DNA of 64,000 bases from Alphaproteobacteria bacterium (lineage in GTDB: Bacteria; Pseudomonadota; Alphaproteobacteria; GCA-2731375), in contig CBDDPY010000002.1 of NCBI GenBank assembly GCA_965232515.1, forward strand, positions 2,752,001 to 2,816,000. The letters run 5' to 3'. This document shows positions 62,898-64,000 of the stretch, piece after piece (position 1 is the first letter of the stretch; each line of letters opens with the position of its first letter). The notes beneath the pieces are model-generated. The model was not told where the DNA came from, did not search any database, and saw only the letters and a program-made list of their open reading frames with translations. Made by a program: the position numbers and the translations under genes.

Positions 62898-64000
62898 TCA
62901 GTTCGCGCGGACGACGTCGAAGGCCACGCTGACACGCAGGGTATTGTCGCTGAACGGCACCGTACGGTGATAGAAATAGGATGGGAACATGACGATCATG
63001 CCCTCGTACGGCGACACCAGGCGGGTCAACGGTTCGGCACGGCAAAGGAAGTCGGCGCCGGGCCGGCCGAACTCGATCCAGCCGGCTTCCGGCTCGGCCG
63101 ACGGATCGGCGACATCAGGCAATCGGGCGTAGTAGACCCCGCTCATCCAGCCGAACGGGTGAATGTGCGGCGCCTGATGGCCGCCGCCGGCAAGCAACGT
63201 GCCCCAGACGTTCAGCCGCCAGCGCGCCGGCGGATCGGCCAGGAACGGGTGTTCCGGATCGCGTTCGATCGCCTGTATGCGCTCGGCGACCGCCCGCTCG
63301 ATCATCGCCAGCAGATCGCCGATAGGACCTGTGTGCTGCTGCTTCATCAGGTCGGCGGTCTGGTGACCGTGTCGCGTCGTCGAATGGTTCGGTTCGAAGC
63401 GCAGGCTGGGATGCGCCTGCAGCGCGTCGATCAACGCCGCGTGAAATGCCGCCCTATCGGCGTAGCCAGGCGGCGGATCGAGGGTTCTGACGGCAAGAAA
63501 CCGGTCGAAATCCAGCAGACGGTCGGCCGCTTCCCGGTCGCCGACCTCGTTCAGCAGCATGGCCTCGTTGGCGAGCGCTCGCATGCCTCCGGGATCGACT
63601 TGCCGATGCCTGCGACAGGCCTGCATGGCGCCGTCGACATCGCCCTTTTGCATCAGCGCATTGGTCAGGCCGTTGTAGCTTTCGCCCAGATCCGGCCGGC
63701 CGGCGATCGACTGCCGATACATGGCGATCGCGTCATCGAGCGCGCCGAGTTCCTGCAGCACGTTCGCCAGGTTCTTCATGATTTCCGGATCGGGTCTGGC
63801 AGCCAGCGCCTCGCGGTAGGTCGCCGCGGCTTCGGCCAGCGCTCCCTGTTCGAGCAACAGGTTCGCCAGATTTGCGCGCGCCTCGACGTAGTTCGGGGCC
63901 AGCGCCAGGATACGCCGGTAGAGATTAACCGCTTCGTCCATCTGCTCACGCATGCGCAGCAGGTTGGCGAGCGTGAACAGCGCCGTGAGATTGTTGGGAT
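62898..64000 (-). CDS. TPR-repeat protein with C-terminal putative 2OG-Fe(II) oxygenase domain (5' end outside window)
   Basis: TPR helices 'EARANLANLL..G...EA' followed by 'PHIHP.GW.SGVYY' and 'FPSYFYHRT...RVSVAFD'. Confidence 0.82.
   Translation of the reverse strand, partial: PNNLTALFTLANLLRMREQMDEAVNLYRRILALAPNYVEARANLANLLLEQGALAEAAATYREALAARPDPEIMKNLANVLQELGALDDAIAMYRQSIAGRPDLGESYNGLTNALMQKGDVDGAMQACRRHRQVDPGGMRALANEAMLLNEVGDREAADRLLDFDRFLAVRTLDPPPGYADRAAFHAALIDALQAHPSLRFEPNHSTTRHGHQTADLMKQQHTGPIGDLLAMIERAVAERIQAIERDPEHPFLADPPARWRLNVWGTLLAGGGHQAPHIHPFGWMSGVYYARLPDVADPSAEPEAGWIEFGRPGADFLCRAEPLTRLVSPYEGMIVMFPSYFYHRTVPFSDNTLRVSVAFDVVRAN

Overview
GC-rich bacterial chromosomal segment, most likely from an alphaproteobacterium (tRNA-Val(GAC)/cpdR/N-formylglutamate amidohydrolase neighbourhood, PleC/DivJ/PdhS-type kinase, PAS_5 proteins). 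It carries about 59 genes, mostly metabolic, transport and regulatory: MFS, TRAP and DMT transporters, a hydantoinase A/B pair, hemN plus hemerythrin sharing a perfect FNR box, an N-methylglutamate dehydrogenase/sarcosine oxidase-type operon with fhs, ydbH-ynbE-ydbL, a Gfo/DegT sugar-amination pair and a haloalkane dehalogenase. I found no integrase, transposase, CRISPR array or rRNA. The standout locus is a six-gene minus-strand operon at 33607-38959. It encodes three secreted Gly/Ser/Thr/Asn-rich repeat proteins, a signal-peptide-bearing C39 cysteine peptidase, a FapF-like outer-membrane channel and a periplasmic HdeA-like/peptidoglycan-binding protein. It resembles a divergent Fap-type functional-amyloid/fibre secretion system. 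All three cargo proteins carry a bacteriocin-style double-glycine leader (EMxDxxLxxVx(G/A)G) directly behind a Sec signal peptide, which suggests two-step maturation. All family assignments come from motif recognition by eye; no database searches were run.
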